A stretch of DNA of 64,000 nt. Origin: Chiloscyllium plagiosum. Its lineage: Eukaryota. The DNA is taken from positions 10,262,530 through 10,326,529 of the forward strand of contig NC_057720.1 of the NCBI RefSeq assembly GCF_004010195.1, in the 5' to 3' direction. A program made the position numbers and the translations under genes. Shown piece after piece: positions 25,385-38,781 of this stretch (positions within the stretch are counted from its first letter, which is position 1; each line of letters starts with the position of its first letter). The notes below the pieces were generated by a model. The model saw nothing but the letters and a program-made list of their open reading frames with translations, was not told the origin of the DNA and searched no databases.

Positions 25385-25915
25385 CGCACAATCCTGGACC
25401 TTCTGCTATAGGAAGGATGTTATTAAGCTGGAAAGGGTGCAAAAACGATTAACAAACATGTTACCAAGACGAGAGGGTTTGAGTTATAAAGAAAGGCTAG
25501 ATAGGCTGGCACTGTAATCCCTGGCGCATAGGAGACTGAGAGGTGACGTTATAGAGATTTATAAAATCATAAGGGAACATAGGTAAGGTGAATAACCAAG
25601 GTCTATTTCCCAGGATAGAGAGGTCCAAAACTAGAGGGCGTAGTTTTGAGGTGAGAAGGGAAAAATTTATAAAGGACCTGATGGGCAACATTTTCACACA
25701 GAGGGTGGTGTGTGTGTGGAACAAGCTGTCAGAGGAGGTGGTGGAGGAGTGTACAATTACAACATTGAAAAGACCTTTGGGCGGGTAAATGGAATAGGAA
25801 ATGTTTAGAGGGGTATGGGCCAAATGCTAGCAAATGGGCTAGTTCCGTTTAGGATATCTTGTCAGCATGGACAAGAAGGGCCTGTTTCCGTGCTGTGTGA
25901 TTCTATGACCCTATA
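25385..25915 (+). mobile_element. CR1 3' fragment
   Basis: KLERVQKR, FTQRVVCVWN; tail ttctatgac. Confidence 0.85.
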
Positions 25916-26105
25916 GAAAGAGTCTCCACAAATCTTCCAATATCCATTCTGGCTTTTTCTATCTTGAAGAGTTCCACACTTTGGAAGATATTGCATAACA
26001 TTTTTATGCAGAGCCCTTCCGCCCCACACCCCTATTGCCTCTGCACCTCACAACATCACAATCTAACCCTTTAACCCACTGCATTTGTTTAATCTAAATA
26101 TGCAG

Positions 26106-26327
26106 GTGGTTGAATTCTGTGATAATATGACACACTATCCTGAAGCACCAACTATGCAGAATAAAATATGCAACTACAGGAGCATTTGGGAGGTAATCAG
26201 CGAGTCGGAGGATTTCAGAAGCAATCACCTACCGTACAGTGGTTCAGTGATACCGACCTTTACACTGCTACAGGCCAAACACCGTGTGCTGTGCTTAGCC
26301 CTTGATGTTTCTGGGAGCATGGGCTCA
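26106..26327 (+). pseudogene. CLCA: CLCA exon 6 (end of Cys-rich region, start of VWA with MIDAS DxSxS)
   Basis: tgcag|VVEFCDNMTHYPEAPTMQNKICNYRSIWEVISESEDF...RVLCLALDVSGSMGS|gtaagg. Confidence 0.93.
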
Positions 26328-26668
26328 GTAAGGCTATTAGTAAAGTTTATTTCACAGAAACCTCACTTCATACTGTTGTGTGACTTCATGCAGCAATCCA
26401 GAGCAGGTCAGAAGCTGGGTTTGCTGAGACAAGTGGCTCATCTCTTGACTCCCAGGTCCTCTCTGTCACCGACAGAGGGGACTGAAACAATCTCTACTTG
26501 CCTGTAACAGTATTGAGGTTGGAGACACCATTGAGGGAAAAGCAGTCTGCTTGATCAATCCCAAACTAAATGAGTACTTGCAAATCTTATTTCTTAACAT
26601 TATGTTGAAATAATTCAAATAAATGACTGCATATTTCATATTGCTGTATCTTTTATTTGTTTAAATAG

Positions 26669-26894
26669 GGGAAGTGCATTAACAGACTATGACAAGCATC
26701 TGAGATATTCTTACTGCAGATCATTGAAGCAAAATCAGAAGTTGAAATTGTCATTTTTAATGACACTGCAACTATTCAAACAAATTTGACAGTGTTCGAT
26801 CGTGATGTTGTCAGGGATGAACTGGTCCAACTCTTACGGACATCGGCTAATGGGGGGAACAAGCATATGTGCAGGGGTTCGAGCTGGTTTTCAG
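26669..26894 (+). pseudogene. CLCA: CLCA exon 7 (VWA) with stop and +1 frameshift
   Basis: aatag|GKCINRL*QASEIFLLQIIE...ANGG/TSICAGVRAGFQ|gtgagt; TGA at 26690-26692; extra G in the G6 run at 26852-26857 (226 nt, not a multiple of 3). Confidence 0.9.
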
Positions 26895-26977
26895 GTGAGT
26901 TCAGGAGGTTTTAGCGGCTCATTGCTTTTAGTTCGCACTTTTCTACCCAACACTGACAATAACTAATTGCTTTGTAG

Positions 26978-27155
26978 ATACTTCACAACAATGACAATGC
27001 AACACACGATGATGAAATCATTTTGCTGATTGATGGGCAAGATTCCACAATAAGCAGTTGCTACTCAGAAGTGAAACAAAGTGGTGCCATTGTCCATACA
27101 ATAGCGTTAGGACCAAGTGCAGCTGTTGAATTGGAACAGTTGTCAAATATGACAG
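26978..27155 (+). pseudogene. CLCA: CLCA exon 8 (VWA), broken donor
   Basis: tttgtag|ILHNNDNATHDDEIILLIDGQDSTISSCYSEVKQSGAIVHTIALGPSAAVELEQLSNMT-G; expected donor reads GGAAAA. Confidence 0.92.
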
Positions 27156-27449
27156 GGAAAAAGCCTGAAAGGCCTTTAATTATGTCTTATAAGATTGCAA
27201 CAGTTAGGAAACATCGCAACTAATTCCAATCCTGATTTCATTGACCTTCACACACGACATTGCCATTTGGATAGAAATCAGGATTCAATGTTGTGGCCAT
27301 TCATACCTGTCCAACAAGTGGCATCAAAATTAAATGTAGAGTCTTGGTTGAGATCAACTCTTACCAGAAAGCCATAATCAAATTTTGGATTTACCTGAAC
27401 TAGTCATTGAGGGAACCCCTAACCCTAGCAATGAATACTTGTTTCCCAG

Positions 27450-27689
27450 ACAGGACATTGGAAGTACAGTATCCTGACTCCTGGAACTGAACAGGTTATA
27501 ACCATCACAGTGACATCCTGAACAGCAGATGAGAAAGTTCCTACTGTCATAGTCAATGCACATATCGACAGAAAAGATTCAACGAGCCCGGTGATAGTCT
27601 ACGCACAAGTCAGTTAGGGATTCTCATCTGTCGTATTTGTGAATGTGACAGCTGTTATTGAATGCCCCACTGGCCCTCCAGTTGAACAG
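27450..27689 (+). pseudogene. CLCA: CLCA exon-11 equivalent with two stops
   Basis: ttcccag|TGHWKYSI...VITITVTS*TADEKVP...SPVIVYAQVS*GFSSVVFVNVTAVIECPTGPPVEQ|gtgaga; TGA 27519, TAG 27615; terminal LELLDNGA-like codons missing. Confidence 0.87.
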
Positions 27690-27827
27690 GTGAGATTCAT
27701 AATGTGACACGGTGAAATAAAATGTGTATTTATACTGTCACTATCTGGACAGTGGATGTATCCAACTTTAATTTCCAGGGAGAAAGTATTTATGACATGG
27801 ATTTGTTTTACCATGCTCTTTGCTTTT

Positions 27828-28435
27828 TATCATGATGCTATGGCTTTAAGAGGTGTGTTCTGTCATGATTTCTTTTAGACCGAGATGGGGGACAGACACT
27901 AAGCAGTCTATGAGAAGATAAACAACTTGTCAGGCCTTTTGTGCTTTTCTTTTCAAAAAGTTGGAACAATAGATGCAGCCTGAATGGGTATGAGTTCCCA
28001 TAGAGACAGGGAAGATTTCAGGTTTGGCTTTCAGCAGTTGTTGGGGTCTTGAAGAAGTGGAAGCTATTTTTCTCTCTTTCAATTACAGCCAAAAGCTGGT
28101 GTTCTCTTCCGAGGCTGCTGGATTGCGTGGGAAACAAAATCTCTTTTCTAAATTTGCCTTTTGCCAAGGGTGTGTTTGTGGGATGTTACTGTTATTGGAA
28201 CAGTTAATTAGTAATAGCAATTGTATCTATTATTCCGTTCAGTTTTCCAATAGAGTTGTTATTCTGTGATCTTCTTTCTTTTGTTGTATTTTAACTATAG
28301 GTTTTGAAAAAGATTCTGTTTTGCTTCACATCAAGTAGTTTGACCAAAGAAACTGGAGCACAGCATCTGACATTTACCATTAAAATAAGAAAACATTAGA
28401 GTATACTTTGAAGGAGTGTGATCTGGTCCGTAACA
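27828..28435 (+). mobile_element. Solo LTR-like repeat, copy 2 (CLCA intron)
   Basis: Same family as 660-1275; ends ggtccgtaaca. Confidence 0.65.
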
Positions 28436-28952
28436 TTCTTTCTTTGTAGTAACTTCACTGGAAATATAATCAAATAATCCAGAGACCAATCTAGCGCTCT
28501 GGAGTCATGGGTTCAAATCCTTCTTTGACAGGATGTGAAATTTGAGTGCATATGCTAAAATAGCAGCAATAGTGACCATGGAATGATCATTAATTGTTGT
28601 TAAAACCCATCTATTGTGAAGGAATGTGTTGTTCTTATATGGATGGTATGTAACTCCAGATACACAAAAATGTGGTTATCTTGTAATATTGAAATACAAG
28701 CTCCCTGAATCAGTGGGATATCAAGTGGCTCCTGCTCACCATTGAAGCTAAGAGGGAAGTATGGCTCTCCCAATGGCACAGCAAGCTCACTGCTTCAGAA
28801 TCAGAGTGGACAGCCTTGATTATTTCAGGCAGCTTGTGGTTTTCAGTTCTCCACATAAGTTTCTTGTCCTGGAAAACAAAGCAGTTGATGAAGTTTGGCC
28901 TGTACTTGCTCATAGTAAGCCATAAATCTCAAAATCACAAGAATGTGTATCA

Positions 28953-29285
28953 TAGAATAGAATCTCCACAATGTGGAGGCAGGCCATTTGGCCCATCAAG
29001 TCCATACCGATCCTGTGAAGAGCACCTCCTACCCTATCTGTGTAACCCTGCATTTCTCATAGTTAACCCACTTGGCTGGCACATCCCTGGACACTCTGGG
29101 TAATTTAGCATGGTCAATCCACCCACCTGCACATCTTTGGACAGTGAGAGGAAACCGGAATATCCAAAAGAAACCCACGTAGGCATGGGCAGAATGTGCA
29201 AACTCCACACTCCTGTGAGTGGAAGCAAACCCATGTCCCTGGTGCTGTGAGGTAGCAATGCTAATCATTGAACCACCGTGCCACT
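28953..29285 (-). mobile_element. HE1/V-SINE-like SINE
   Basis: Reverse complement of the SINE consensus seen at 39736. Confidence 0.85.
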
Positions 29286-29965
29286 CCAGCGTTGATGGAA
29301 ATACATGCAGTGTACATGTGACAGGGAGATTTTAAAATCTGACGGCAGCTATCCATTAGTTCCCTATTTCCCTCATTTCCAATTGGGAGGATGTCTATGT
29401 GCCATTTACCTGGAGAGAGACCATCCTGTTTCAGTATGCTAAACGACTTGTGCAGTCAAACGAACCCTTTGCTTTGCATTTTGTTCTTCAAGGATGGAAT
29501 AATGACCTGCAAATGACTGAATTAATGGATGTATTAATGTTTAGTGAGGGTGACCATGTTGCAGTTGCATTTGAATTTGGGTGAGTTATAAGGGTAGATG
29601 GATGAATGGGTAAGTGGTAAAGGCTGGATGCTGTTGTAGGTCAAGTGGATGACAGAAGTGAAGTGAAGTGATGGTGAATACTTGGCACGTAAGAGCGGGT
29701 TGGGGCTAAACCACAGGATACAGTTGAAGCAACAAATCTCCTCACTTAACCTGGCCTGATGCACATCATCAAACCACTTCTTACGTCCATGATCTGGGCA
29801 ACAAGTCTCTTGATATTCATCCCTCCACCATGTCACCACAGTGAGAGTTTCTCCCTTTTGTTCCCATGGATATATTTCCCATGTCCTTTGTCCAAAGTCA
29901 TTTTGGCGATGCATCAGCTGATGAAGGAGCAGTGCTCTGAAAGGTAGTACTTCCAAATAAACTTA

Positions 29966-32790
29966 AGAGCATAAGACCATAAGACATAGGAGTGGAAGTA
30001 AGGCCATTCGGCCCATCGAGTCCACGCCGCCATTCAATCATGGCTGATGGACATTTCAACTCCACTTACCCGCATTCTCCCCGTAGCCCTTAATTCCTTG
30101 TGGCATCAAGAATTTATCAATCTCTGCCTTGAAGACATTTCGCGTCCCGGCCTCCACTGCACTCTGCGGCAATGAATTCCACAGGCCCACCACTCTCTGG
30201 CTGAAGAAATGTCTCCGCATTTCTGTTCTGAATTGACCCCCTCTAATTCTAAGGCTGTGTCCATGGGTCCTAGTCTCCTCGCCTAATGGAAACAATTTCC
30301 TAGCGACCACCCTTTCCAAGCCATGTATTATCTTTTAAGTTTCTATTAGATCCCCCTTAATGTTCTAAACTCCAATGAATACAATCCCAGGATCCTCAGC
30401 CGTTCCTCGTATGTTAGACCTACCATTCCAGGGATCATCCGTGTGAATCTCCACTGGACACGCTCCAGTGCCAGTGTGTCCTTCCTGAGGTGTGGGGACC
30501 AAAACTGGACACAGTACTCCAAATGGGGCCTAACTAGAGCTTTACAAAGTCTCAGTAGCACAACGGTGCTTTTATATTCCAACCCTCTTGAGATAAATGA
30601 CAACATTGCATTCGCTTTCTTAATCACGGACTCAACCTGCATGTTTACCTTTAGAGAATCCTCGACTAGCACTCCCAGATCCCTTTGTACTTTGGCTTTA
30701 CAAATATTCTCACCGTTTAGAAAGTAGTCCATGCTTCTANNNNNNNNNNNNNNNNNNNNNNNNNNNNNNNNNNNNNNNNNNNNNNNNNNNNNNNNNNNNN
30801 NNNNNNNNNNNNNNNNNNNNNNNNNNNNNNNNNNNNNNNNNNNNNNNNNNNNNNNNNNNNNNNNNNNNNNNNNNNNNNNNNNNNNNNNNNNNNNNNNNNN
30901 NNNNNNNNNNNNNNNNNNNNNNNNNNNNNNNNNNNNNNNNNNNNNNNNNNNNNNNNNNNNNNNNNNNNNNNNNNNNNNNNNNNNNNNNNNNNNNNNNNNN
31001 NNNNNNNNNNNNNNNNNNNNNNNNNNNNNNNNNNNNNNNNNNNNNNNNNNNNNNNNNNNNNNNNNNNNNNNNNNNNNNNNNNNNNNNNNNNNNNNNNNNN
31101 NNNNNNNNNNNNNNNNNNNNNNNNNNNNNNNNNNNNNNNNNNNNNNNNNNNNNNNNNNNNNNNNNNNNNNNNNNNNNNNNNNNNNNNNNNNNNNNNNNNN
31201 NNNNNNNNNNNNNNNNNNNNNNNNNNNNNNNNNNNNNNNNNNNNNNNNNNNNNNNGCCCCAACACTGAACCCTGCGGGACACCGCTTGTCACCTGCTGCC
31301 ATTCCGAAAAAGAACCTTTTGTCCCAACTCTCTGCCTCCTGTCAGACAGCCAATCCTCTATCCATACCAGTAGCTCACCTTAAACACCATGGGCCCTCAT
31401 CTTGCTCAGCAGCCTCCCATGTGGCACCTTGTCAAAGGCCTTTTGGAAGTCTAGGTAGACCACATCCACTGGGTTTCCCCGGTCTAACCTACTTGTCACC
31501 TGTTCAAAGAATTCCAACAGGTTTGTCAGGCATGGCCTCCCTTTACTAAATCCATGTTGACTTGTTCTAATCTGACCCTGCTTTTCCAAGAATTTAGAAA
31601 CCTCATCCTTGATGATGGATTCTAGAATTTTACCAACAACCGAGGTTAGGCTAATTGGCCTATAATTTTCCATCTTTTGCCTTGATCCTTTCTTGAACAA
31701 GGGGGTTACAACAGCGATCTTCCAATCATCTGGGACTTTCCCGGACTCCATTGACTTTTGAAAGATCTCAACCAACGCCTCTGCTATTTCCTCAGCCACC
31801 TCCCTCAGAACTCTAGGATGTAGCCCATCAGGGCCAGTAGATTTATCAATTTTAAGACCTTTTAGGTTTTCTAGCACTTTCTCTTTTGTAATGGCAACAA
31901 TATTCAACTCAGCCCCCTGACTCCCTTTAATTGTTGGGATATTACTCATGTCTTCCACTGTGAAGACTGACGCAAAGTACTTATTAAGTTCTCCAGCTAT
32001 TTCCTTATCTCCCATCATTAGGCTTCCAGCATCAGTTTGAAGTGGCCCAATGTCTACTCTTGCCTGTCGTTTGTTTCTTATGTGTTGAAAGAAACTTTTA
32101 CTATCATTTCTAATATTACTGGCTAGCCTACCTTCATACTTGATCCTCTCCTTATTTCTCTTTGTTATCCTCTGTTTGTTTTTGTAGCCTTCCCAATCTT
32201 CTGATTTCCCAGTGCTCTTGGCCACTTTATAGGATCTCTCTTTTTCTTTGATAGATTTCCTGACTTCCTTTGTCAGCCATGGCTGTCTAATCCCTCCCCG
32301 GATAATCTTTCTCTTCTTGTGGATGAACCTCTGTACAGTGTCCTCAATTTTACCCACAAACTCCTGCCATTTTAGCTCTACTGTCCTCCCTGCTAGGCTC
32401 TGCTTCCAGTCTATTTTCGTCAGTTCCTCTCTCATGCCCTCATAATTACCTTTATTTCACTGTAACACCATTACATCCGATTTTGCCTTCTCTCTTTCAA
32501 ATTGCAGACTGAACTCTACCATATTATGATCGCTGCTTCCTAAGTGTTCCCTTACTTTAAGATTTTTTATAAAGTCTGGTTCATTACATAGCACTAGGTC
32601 CAGAATAGCCTGCTCCCTTGTGGGCTCCATGACAAGCTGTCCCAAAAAGCCATCCTGTAAACATTCCATGAATTCCCTTTCTTTGGATCCACTGGCAACA
32701 TTATTTACCCTGTCCACCTGCATATTGAAGTCTCCCATGATCACTGTGACCTTGCCTTTCTGACGTGCCTTCTCTACTTCCTGGTACATG
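29966..32790 (-). mobile_element. 5'-truncated CR1 LINE ORF2 (contains a gap), inserted into a Penelope terminal fragment
   Basis: 351-aa ORF with GPDG, NYRPISLTS, SQHGF, LDFQKAFDKV; tail (cataaga)n on +. Host halves are 29918-29961 and 32798-32836. Confidence 0.95.
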
Positions 32791-33464
32791 TTGAACTTGT
32801 TGAACTATCACCTGGTATTGTGTGATTTTTAACTTATTCCTGCTGAAGGCATTTAATTCCACTCTATACATTGTCTCTTGAAATGTAGCTAACATTGACC
32901 CACACAAATAAGCATCACATTCACTGCATAGCTTGGACATGCACAAGTGAACAATTGTTAGTACAACTGAGCTTAGACCATTCCATTCTGATCCACTGCA
33001 CTGATTATTGGGTATCTGCATGTAATGTAACCACCCCAAATTCCCAATTTCCAGGACCATAGCCCAGCTCTTGTTAACCAATACTTCACAGATAAAGCAA
33101 TCCATCGAACAGTAAAAGAGTTCAGAGTTTTGACATTCGGTCTGGCCCTGATTATTTTCATTTGCACACATCATCAGTGATGTTAAGGTTGTAGAGGCCA
33201 CATCTCTGAAAGTATTCAAGACAGAGATAAATAAATCTTTCACCTGAAAAGCCATCAAAGGGTGTGGGGAAAAAGTGAGAATCTGGCATTGAGGTGGAAG
33301 ATCAGTAATGATCATGTTGAATTGAAGGGCTGAATAGCCTATTTCTGTTCCTAGTTTCTAAGTGTAAAAGTTGTCGCCTTGTTGTTCAGTGCTAATTTTC
33401 ATACAGTGTTATTATTCCATGCTTCCCTCGATGTATTTTGGTGTTCGCCCTTTCTTATCGTTAG

Positions 33465-33623
33465 GTACAGATATTGTCAGGAACAGTGGCATTTACACTA
33501 AATATTTCCACAACTTTACTGGATATGGAAGGTACAGCCTTAAAGTGCGTGTCCAGGGAAAAGAAGGAACAATAAAAGTAACAGGAAGACTTCCTTTGTT
33601 TGTACCAGGATATATGGAAAATG
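33465..33623 (+). pseudogene. CLCA: CLCA exon-12 equivalent
   Basis: ttag|(G)TDIVRNSGIYTKYFHNFTGYGRYSLKVRVQGKEGTIKVTGRLPLFVPGYMEN; the phase-1 donor position reads TTAAAC; an alternative GTAAGG at 33635 is in the wrong phase. Confidence 0.9.
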
Positions 33624-33744
33624 TTAAACACTTGGTAAGGACACAAAAATATGCACAGAGTTACAACAGATTGTGGGTGATCTTACACCAGGATGAATTA
33701 TAATTTTGATATGTCAGAGTTCTGCAGCTGCCCAGTTCACTTTC

Positions 33745-34380
33745 ATAATGTTCACCCTTTCCTCGTCATGTCAGTCCTTACAGCCAGTAACAAGTCCCTG
33801 AGTAAACAAGGCTGTGGGAGTTCAGAGACAGAGGAAGAATGGATCAAGGTAGCCCAGAGGGAATGATCCTTGCTGGAGGCTGACAAGGGAAGGGAGGGGA
33901 GGGGAATATGTGTCTGGTCGTGGCTCCTGCTGGAAGTGATGGAAATGGCGGCTTTATGGTCCTTTGGATTTGGAGACTGGTAGAGTGGAAAGTGAGGACA
34001 AAGGGAGCTTATCAATGTTGTAGCAAGAAAGAGAGAGGGTGAGGGCAGAAGTGTGGGAAATTGGTTAGACCCAGCTGAGGGCCCTGTTGAACACAGTAGT
34101 GTAGAATTCTTGGCTGAGGGAAAAGGGACACTTTGGACAAATCCTGTGGAAAGTGTTATCATCAGAAAAGTTGCATTGGAGATGGAGAATGTGAGAGAAC
34201 GGAATGGATTCCTTACAGGAAGCAGGATGTGAGGATGCACAGTCCAGGTAACTGTGGAAATCAGTGTGTTTACAATGGGTATTAGTGGCCAGCCTATTCT
34301 CAGAATGGAAACAGATGTGAGGGAAGGGAAGAGAGGAGTCAGAGATAGACCAGGTGAAGATGAGAGCAGGGTTGGTTAAG
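33745..34380 (-). mobile_element. Degraded Penelope RT-region remnant
   Basis: FTWSISDSSLPF..TDFHSYLDCASSHPASCKESIPFS. Confidence 0.8.
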
Positions 34381-34427
34381 TCTAAGTGGTCTGCATCCAA
34401 GAGATACATGTCTTTCTTTTCATGTAG

Positions 34428-34655
34428 TCCTTATCCTTCCAAATCAACCAAATCCTCAAATCAACGTTGAGGATCTTGATCCTGAGTTAGAAGTCTTTGA
34501 TAGGGTCCAAGCAGGATGAACCATTTCACTTTCCCCCGGAACAGACATTGTTGACTTTCCACCATGTACAATCACAGATCTTCAAGCTACAATCATCCAA
34601 AGTAACATTCAATTGGAATGGAAAGTACCAGGAGAAGACTACGATCAGGTGCCAG
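34428..34655 (+). pseudogene. CLCA: CLCA exon-13 equivalent (FnIII start) with stop
   Basis: catgtag|LILPNQPNPQINVEDL...FDRVQAG*TISL...DFPPCTITDLQATIIQSNIQLEWKVPGEDYDQVP|gtagct; TGA at 34517. Confidence 0.88.
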
Positions 34656-34834
34656 GTAGCTGTTGGTGAATATATGTTTTTGATCAGGATTTCTTTTCCC
34701 TCTCACAATAATGGAAATAGATGGTTCTGGTGAGATGGTGGCAGAGTGGTAATGCCCGTGAACTACCAATCTAGTCTCATGCTCTGAGGATGGGTGCTCA
34801 AATCCCATCATGACAGCTGTTATATGATATATCA

Positions 34835-36410
34835 ATTTGAAAGAGGATTGAGAGGGGACATGATTGGGATTATAAAATTGTGAGAGTGGAGACAGGAAGG
34901 AACATTTCCCCTTGACAGAGGGATCAGTGACCAGGGGACAAAGATTTCAGGTAAGGGGCAGAAGGTTTGGAGGGGATGTAGGGAAAAACATTGTCACCTA
35001 GAGGGTGATGGGAATCTGGAACTCACTGCCTGTCAGGGTGGTAGAGGCAGAAACCCTTATAAAATCTCCGAAGTATTTAGATGTGCACTTGCAATGCCAA
35101 AACATAAAAGGCTATGGGCCATGTGCTGGGAAATGGGATTAGAATAGTTATGAGGTTAATTTTGGCCAGTGCAGATATGATGGCCTTTCTCTGCTGTAGG
35201 AGTCGATAACTGTCCATGCTCCAGTGTTCTCCTCCAACCTACAACCTTGAAATGATAGAACTGGTGCAGCACACAAGGGGGTGATTCGGCCCATTTTGTC
35301 CATGCCATCCCAGATCCCCTTTCCAGAGTCATAGAGTCAACACAGAAACAGACCCTTCGGCCTAACTCGTCTTTGCTGACTGAGTTTCCCAAACCAAAAC
35401 AAGTTCCATTTGTCTGAATTTGGCTCATATCCCTCTAACCCTTTCCTATTCACGTTCCTGTCCAAATGTCTTTTGAAAGTTGTAACTGTACCTGCATCTA
35501 CCACTTCCTCTGGCAGTACATTCCACATACGAACTACCGTCTGTTTGAAACATTGGCCCTCAGGTCCTTTCTAAACATTTTTGCTCTCACCTTAATAATA
35601 TGCCCCCTAGTTTTGAATTCACCCACCCTCGGGAAAACTCCTTTGCTATTCACCTTATGTATACCCCCCATGATTTCATAAACCTCAAGAAGGTCATGTC
35701 TCAACCTCCTACACTCCAGTGAAAACGTCCCTTATAACACAAATCCTCCACATTTGGCAAAATCCTGGTATATATTTTCAGAACCCTCTCCAATTTAATA
35801 TTTCCTTCCTACAGCAGGGTGACCAGAGCTGTACACAGCACTCCAACCTCATAGCCCTGCAGCTTACAGCACTTAAAATACAGATCCAAGTACTTTTTAA
35901 AAGGCTTTAACAGTCTCTGCCTCCACCACCAGCCCAGGCAGTGAATTCCAGATCCCAACCAGCCTCTGCATAGAAATGCTTTTCCTCACATCCCCTTTAA
36001 TCCTTCTGCCACTGACCTTGAGTCAATGACCCCTAGCTTTTGAACTCTCCGCCAAGGGAAACAGTTTCCTCCTGTCTTTTCTGTCTCTACCTCTTACTGT
36101 ATTGTATATCTCAATCATGTCATCCCTCAGCCTTCTCTGTCCAAGAAAAACAAGCCCAACCTCTCCAATCTCTCCTCATCGCTACAATTCTCGAGCCCTG
36201 GCAACATTCTGGTAAATCGTCTGTGCACGCTCTCCAGATCAATTACATTCTTCCTGTAATGTGGTGACCAAAACTGCACAGAATACTGCAGTCATGGATT
36301 CACCAGTATCTTATAATGTTTCATCATTATGACTCTATTTCTGTATTCTATACCCACGTCAATGTAGGACAGTGATCTGTATGCCTTCTTTACAACTTTA
36401 CCTACTTTGT
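34835..36410. mobile_element. Cluster of CR1-type 3' fragments (+ 34835-35200; - 35326-35850; - 35860-36410)
   Basis: WNVLPEEVVDAG and related RT C-terminal motifs. Confidence 0.75.
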
Positions 36411-36654
36411 CTGGACCTCTGCAAGAGCCTTCTCCCAGGTGTCTTCATTCAATCGCAGCAACATTACCTCTCTCTCCTTATACTCTCATGTGTTTATCCA
36501 GCTTCCATTTAACCACATCCACGCTTTTCACCTCAATCCTTCCTTCTGGGAGGAAGTGCTACATTCTCACCACTCTCAGGATGAAGGAAAATATTCTCCT
36601 GAATTCCTTGGTGGATTTCCCAGAGTCACGTACACACAGGAGTGTTGAAGGCAG

Positions 36655-37440
36655 AAGACATGGTGCAGTGAGAACAACCTCTCTTTCAATGTCAATAAAA
36701 CTAAAAAAAAACTGATAATTGACTTCAGAAGAAAAGGAGAACATGTCCCCATCTCCATCAATGGTACTGAGGTTGAGAGGGTGGATAGCGTCAAGTGCCT
36801 CCGAGGGACGAAAACTGACGATCTGTCCTGGACTTCTCACATAGATGCAATGGTCAGGAAGGTACAACAATGTCTCGCCCTCCTCAGGCAGGTCAGGAAA
36901 TGTGGAATGTCCATAAGGATCCCAGTAACTTTTACAGATGCACCTCTGAAAGCACACTGTCGGGGTACATAACGGCCTGGTATGGCAACTGCTCTGCTCA
37001 GGAACATAAGAAGCTACAGAAGGTGGTGTGCACAGCCCAGACCATCACGGAAGCCAACCTTCCATCCCTGGACTCCGTTTACACAGCTTGCTGCCATGGA
37101 AAGGCAGCCAACATCATCAAGGACCTATCACACCTCGGGAATGATCTCCTACAACCTCTTCCATTAGGCAGAAGATACAGAATCCTGAACGCATGCACCA
37201 GCAAATTCAGAAACTGCTTCTTCCTGGCCATTATGTGACTGATGAATGGACTATCTAGCCTCAATAATGCTGACCTTGCTAACATCGCTCTCATCTAGTG
37301 CAGGCCCTGTACAATGTAACCTGTATGCCTCTGTCTAAGTCTTTCTGATCTATACATCCTTGCTTACGATGACCTGCCTGTACTGCTCGTTAACAATGCT
37401 TTTCACTGTACTGCGAGACTTGTGACAATAATCAACTCAA
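36655..37440 (+). mobile_element. Rex1/Babar-like LINE 3' part
   Basis: ENNLS.NVNKTK, DDLSWTSHID, FYRCTSESTLSGYITAWYGNCSAQ..KKLQKVV. Confidence 0.8.
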
Positions 37441-37784
37441 ATCAGAAGGAGGACATTCGGTCCATCATGCCTGCACTGGCTCGTTAAATGAGCATCAGTA
37501 CCCAGTGCCAATCTCCTGCTTTTTCTGCATTCCCTGATCCACAAATTCATAGACTTACATCAAAACCACTCTGGACTAAATTAAGCCCCTAATTATTCTA
37601 ATCACATTTTCCAGCACTTCGCGCATTGTCTTTTATACCTTCGCATCCACTTGTCTCTTAACATAACTCAAGTTTCTTAGTTCTGAAGGAAGGCCCTTAA
37701 CCTGAATTGTTAATTCTGATTCTCTTTCCACACATACTGCCAGTCCAGAATTTTCTATATTTAGTTATACATTTCTCATCGCTA

Positions 37785-38060
37785 TAGGGCAGACAGAGGC
37801 CAATTGACTCATCTTATCTGCACTGACCCCCTGAAGAGCATCCAAGCCCCCACCCTGTTCCCATAATCCCCCATTTCCAATGGTTAATTTGCCAACCCAG
37901 TACACATCTGAATTGTGGGAGGAAACAGGAACACCCAGAGAAAACCCACATGGATATGGGACAACATGCAAACTCCATACAGACAGTTACCCAAGACCGG
38001 AATTGAACCCAGGTCCCCTGGTGTAGTGAGGTAGCAGTGCTAACCACTGAGCCACTGTGT
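37785..38060 (-). mobile_element. HE1/V-SINE-like SINE
   Basis: aactccatacagacag...gaggtagcagtgctaaccactgagccac. Confidence 0.82.
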
Positions 38061-38781
38061 CTCCCATCCTGATCATTTGCCATTACACCCTTTCAAATGT
38101 CTTGATAACCTTCCTCAGGTGTGTTTTCCAGAATTGGTTACATTATCCTTGGTGGTTTAGCATAAATTCCTGGCTTTTTACTGTGCCGTTAGGAAGTCAA
38201 GGATTCTGTATAGTTAATTTGATTACCAGCCACGTTTAAGTTGCCTGCACTTCTGCATCATGGATCCAGTTAATCCTCTGTGGATCATTTTTTATGAGCG
38301 AGGGTCCCAAGAAATTTGAGTCTCTGGGAGTGACTCCGCACAGCTCCTTTCACCTGTCCTGTCTCCAAGCTGCATGGCCAGCTTCGATACCTCGACCTTG
38401 TCTTGAGTGACCATTATCTGACACTCAGTAGGTCTAACAAACAAATGTATTTACATCCTGCATACACATTCTTCAATCTACTCTTGTCAAGATCTCTGTA
38501 ACAGATATATCACTGATGCATCGTATCTAATAGCATTGTGAGTGTACCTTCACCAAATAGATCTCAGCGGTTTAATAACACAGCTCACTACTGCCACCTT
38601 CTGAAGGGCAGTGAGGGATAAGGAAAAACTCTAGCCTTGCCAGCGACGCCCATATCCATTGAATGAACTTTGAATTACCATGTCATTAGCAAAGGTATTC
38701 TTGCTGTTCATGGCCTAAACCTCTTTCTAATTACATATGAATACATGTATTTATTTCCAATTCTTTTAAATTCCCTCTTCG

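Noticed and set aside
30346..31549. Long ORFs containing X runs (also near 3.5-4.2 kb and 45.5-46.7 kb)
   Set aside because: Artefacts of translating through N gaps.
31380..32435. Longest clean ORF (351 aa)
   Set aside because: Internal CR1 ORF2 fragment; adjacent parts are broken and the element is 5'-truncated, with no sign of domestication.
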